Shown: positions 61,099-64,000 of the stretch, piece by piece
Layout of the letters: the number at the start of each line of letters is the position of its first letter
How positions within the stretch are numbered: the stretch's first letter is position 1
Assembly (NCBI GenBank): GCA_965263035.1
Contig: OZ253580.1
Coordinates: 5,216,001-5,280,000, forward strand
DNA: 64,000 bases
Source: Acidobacteriota bacterium
GTDB taxonomy: Bacteria; Acidobacteriota; UBA6911; RPQK01; JAJDTT01
Reading direction: 5' to 3'
Program-made: the position numbers and the translations under genes
Notes under the pieces: model-generated
Database searches by the model: none
Seen by the model: only the letters and a program-made list of their open reading frames with translations
What the model was told of the DNA's origin: nothing

Positions 61099-62256
61099 TC
61101 ACGGAGGCTTTCCCTGCAGGAAGTTTCCGGCATCGCGCTGCTTCTTATCTCGTGCCTGCGTGTCCAGTTTCTGAAACAGCTCCAACTCTCTTTGAGCGTC
61201 TTCCGTCCGCCCGAGCTTTTTATAGATCTGGGCCAATTGATAGTGGGATTGTGGCTGGTTCGGATCCAGGGCGATTGCTCTCTGCAAGGCCGCTACGCCA
61301 TCGTGTAGCCGACCCTTGGCCACGTAAGCCGAGGACAAAGCGACGTAAGCATCAGGAATCCGATCGTCCACGCGTGATACCGCCTCCAAGTGCCGGATCG
61401 CCTGGTCGAACTCCTGGCGGTAATTCTTGATGATTCCCAACTCGAGATGGACGATCGGATGGTGGGGATCGATATCCAACTCCTTTTCCAGTGCCGGCTC
61501 CGCCTGGTCGTACTTTCCCAGACCGAAATAGAGATCACCCAGGGCGAAGTTGACACCGGGCGCGTTTGGATTCAGAGCGACGGCTTTCTCGTATTCTTCT
61601 ATTGCCTGGTTCAGACGTCCTTGCGTGGCATAAGCCTCAGCCAGAAGTTGGTGGGTGCGAAAGGAATCCGGATCGATCTCTTCGATACGCGAGAAAGTCT
61701 CCTGGAATTTGGTGTACGACGTCCGGGTCCTGTTCAAGTAGGCTTGGGCCAACGTCTGCAGTGCTTCCAGTTCCTGAGGATGTTTCTCGATGACCGCTTC
61801 CAGTTGCTCCACGCTCTTGTCCAGCTGTTGCAGCGCCAGGAAACAGACCCCCATATAGACCTGGGCCTTTACGTTTTCGGGATTCTGGGAAATTGCCTGT
61901 TGGAATGACTCGATAGCCTGCTGATACTCATACAGGCTGTAGTGAGCGAGCCCCAGAAAGAAATGGGCATCGGGCAGCTCAGGGTCGAGTGTCAGGGCTT
62001 TCTCGATCGCCCCGACGGCTTCCCGGAATCTCCCCTGAAACTGATAGATCAGTCCCACTTTGGCATGGAGGGGCGGGAAATCGGGTTTGAGCTCCAGCGC
62101 TGACCGATAGGCCTGTTCCGCGGTGCTCCAGTCGCCACTTTCCTCGGCGCGAGCGGCATTCCGGAAGTATTCCTCAATCTCCGGAGGCACTTGACCGGCC
62201 GTCCGGGCCGCCTGCATCCCCAGAAATGTCAGAAACAACAGACTATGAAGTGCCAT
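61099..62256 (-). CDS. Secreted TPR protein
   Basis: Signal peptide and tandem TPRs. Confidence 0.85.
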   Translation of the reverse strand: MALHSLLFLTFLGMQAARTAGQVPPEIEEYFRNAARAEESGDWSTAEQAYRSALELKPDFPPLHAKVGLIYQFQGRFREAVGAIEKALTLDPELPDAHFFLGLAHYSLYEYQQAIESFQQAISQNPENVKAQVYMGVCFLALQQLDKSVEQLEAVIEKHPQELEALQTLAQAYLNRTRTSYTKFQETFSRIEEIDPDSFRTHQLLAEAYATQGRLNQAIEEYEKAVALNPNAPGVNFALGDLYFGLGKYDQAEPALEKELDIDPHHPIVHLELGIIKNYRQEFDQAIRHLEAVSRVDDRIPDAYVALSSAYVAKGRLHDGVAALQRAIALDPNQPQSHYQLAQIYKKLGRTEDAQRELELFQKLDTQARDKKQRDAGNFLQGKPP

Positions 62257-62380
62257 TTATAGGGAGCCTTCCCAAGTATGTAGTGAAGTGTTTGGCTGTT
62301 ATTGTCCTTTTTCCCGATGCAGGCAAGACAATGAATCTCGAGACCAACGTACGCGGCGAGTTTAGCACAGCTTCTACAGG

Positions 62381-64000
62381 CTACGGCTCCGTTACATTCA
62401 ATTCGGAACCGGCAGCTATGGGTCCCGGAAGCAACTGCTGCCTTCCTGATGGCCAGAGCACTTCAACCTGATCGACCTGTTCGGCTTCGCCGAGCCCAAA
62501 GTAGAGCGGATAGAGACTTTGCGAGAGGTAACCGGATTGGCCGTCCTGAACCTTGGTGTAGCTGGCTGACCCAGCTCGGACCGTGACCCGGGCACCGAGC
62601 CCGTCGCGGTTCGACCGGGTACCGGTCAGATTGACTTTGAGGAAATGAATCCGCTTGCGATCGGCCAGGTCACTGACGAGGACCAAAGGTTCGGAATTGA
62701 AATCGTTGGTCACAATGTCGAGGTCCCCGTCGTTATCCAGGTCGAAAATCACTGACGAACGAGAGCCCATGGCTCCCCAGGCCACGACACGGGTGACTCT
62801 GGCTCCCCGGGACCTGACTTTCTTGACGAGTTCGTGGTCTTTGTCGCCGCGGACCGCGTCCAGTTCAAACCAGGGAGTGAGGGTCCGGCCGCCGCGCCTG
62901 GGTTCAACGCCCAGAATGAATTCACTGTCGACGAATTCCCGTCCGTGGTCGTTGAGCAGCAGGCTGTTGATGCCATAGCGATAGCCGTAGTTCATGCAGG
63001 AAGTGATGAATGCATCTTCGAATCCGTCGGCGTTCAGGTCCCCCACACTCAATCCCCAGGGCCAATAATTCTCGGCATTGATTTGATCTGAGATCTCTTT
63101 AAATGTGCCGTTCCCCTGGTTACGAAAGAAGGCGTTGCCCCAGACATGATTTCCGTCCGTGGCCAACATCTGTTTCTCGGCGATCTCCTCGGGGAAGGGG
63201 ATCTTTTCTTTCTCGCCAAACGGATCCAGATGTTTCCACATGTCCGTGTGCATGTCGGTCAGATAGATGTCCAGTTGCCCGTCGTTGTCGAAGTCGAAGA
63301 TCTTGATTCCCATGGTTCCCCATGGCGTCGCGGGAAACAGTTGGCGACTCTTCTTGACGAAACGGCGACCTTCAATATTCTCGTAATACTGGTCATGGCC
63401 CTGCATGTTGGCCAGATACAAGTCAGGCCATCCATCGTTGTTGGCATCAAGCGGGCTGGCGTCGCCCGACCAACTCATATCCTTCAAGCCCACCTGGTCG
63501 GTGACGTCGACGAATCGGTTTCCGCCCTGGTTCCGATAGAGGATGCTGGTCTCCGAGAGCGCGGCATTCAGGTGTCGGTTGAAGGCATCCGGGGTGGAAC
63601 GAAAATAGGCATATGGGGTGCGATCCTTCCCGGTAAAAGAGTCATGGACGACCGTCCTGATTTCGTCCGTTGTATAGATGCCCACGTTCACCAGGAAAAG
63701 GTCCAGCCGGCCGTCGCGGTTGTAGTCGAAGAATACCGCTGCCGAGGAGTGGCCCGTGTACCCGAGGCCAGACTCGGTGCTGATGTCCCTGAAGGCCCCG
63801 CTGCCGTCGTTCTCAAACAACACATTGCCGCCGCGAACGGTGGTGACGTACAGGTCTGCGTCCCCGTCATTGTCGATATCGGCAAATGAAGCCGCCACGC
63901 CGATGCGCTCCCTGACAGCGACCCCAGCCCGCTCTGTGATGTTCTCGAACTTGCCGCCGCCCTGGTTCCTCCAGAGTTCATTGCCGCCGGCCTGAGTCAC
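62381..64000 (-). CDS. CRTAC1-family protein, divergent paralog; 5' end outside window
   Basis: DIDNDGDAD and DFDNDGQLD repeats, SNRDGLGARV, GYLSQS. Confidence 0.88.
   Translation of the reverse strand: MTQAGGNELWRNQGGGKFENITERAGVAVRERIGVAASFADIDNDGDADLYVTTVRGGNVLFENDGSGAFRDISTESGLGYTGHSSAAVFFDYNRDGRLDLFLVNVGIYTTDEIRTVVHDSFTGKDRTPYAYFRSTPDAFNRHLNAALSETSILYRNQGGNRFVDVTDQVGLKDMSWSGDASPLDANNDGWPDLYLANMQGHDQYYENIEGRRFVKKSRQLFPATPWGTMGIKIFDFDNDGQLDIYLTDMHTDMWKHLDPFGEKEKIPFPEEIAEKQMLATDGNHVWGNAFFRNQGNGTFKEISDQINAENYWPWGLSVGDLNADGFEDAFITSCMNYGYRYGINSLLLNDHGREFVDSEFILGVEPRRGGRTLTPWFELDAVRGDKDHELVKKVRSRGARVTRVVAWGAMGSRSSVIFDLDNDGDLDIVTNDFNSEPLVLVSDLADRKRIHFLKVNLTGTRSNRDGLGARVTVRAGSASYTKVQDGQSGYLSQSLYPLYFGLGEAEQVDQVEVLWPSGRQQLLPGPIAAGSELNVTEP

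Overview
GC-rich bacterial DNA, probably Acidobacteriota (inferred from the GWxTD protein, Oar-type TonB-dependent receptor and CRTAC1/ASPIC-UnbV paralogs). It has four parts. (1) 1-4613 holds housekeeping genes: a DUF1343/NamZ-type muramidase, a TPR protein, a PfkB kinase and mtnP. (2) About 4630-34700 is a decaying defence/mobile island. It carries a PLD-family nuclease, a type I R-M locus with a PrrC-type anticodon nuclease (hsdR split by an IS3), an HNH-like protein, a frameshifted RES protein and a DUF4145-type gene split by two different IS. It also has five delimitable IS (ISNCY-like, two IS1380, IS3, and an IS1595 with passenger genes) and integrase, portal and antitoxin remnants. (3) 34714-45024 holds metabolic genes: MBL hydrolase, mce, meaB, a MetE-like protein, a CehA/McbA hydrolase, PfkB, RadC, an RRM protein and an O-methyltransferase. 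(4) 45292-64000 is an intact envelope cluster. A TonB-dependent receptor is flanked by two paralogous lipoproteins, each fusing a c-type cytochrome motif, a full PHM/DBM-type copper monooxygenase ligand set and TPRs. Three CRTAC1/ASPIC-UnbV proteins, two TPR proteins and a GWxTD protein complete the cluster. This cluster is my best candidate for an uncharacterised system. All calls come from manual motif reading; no database searches were run.
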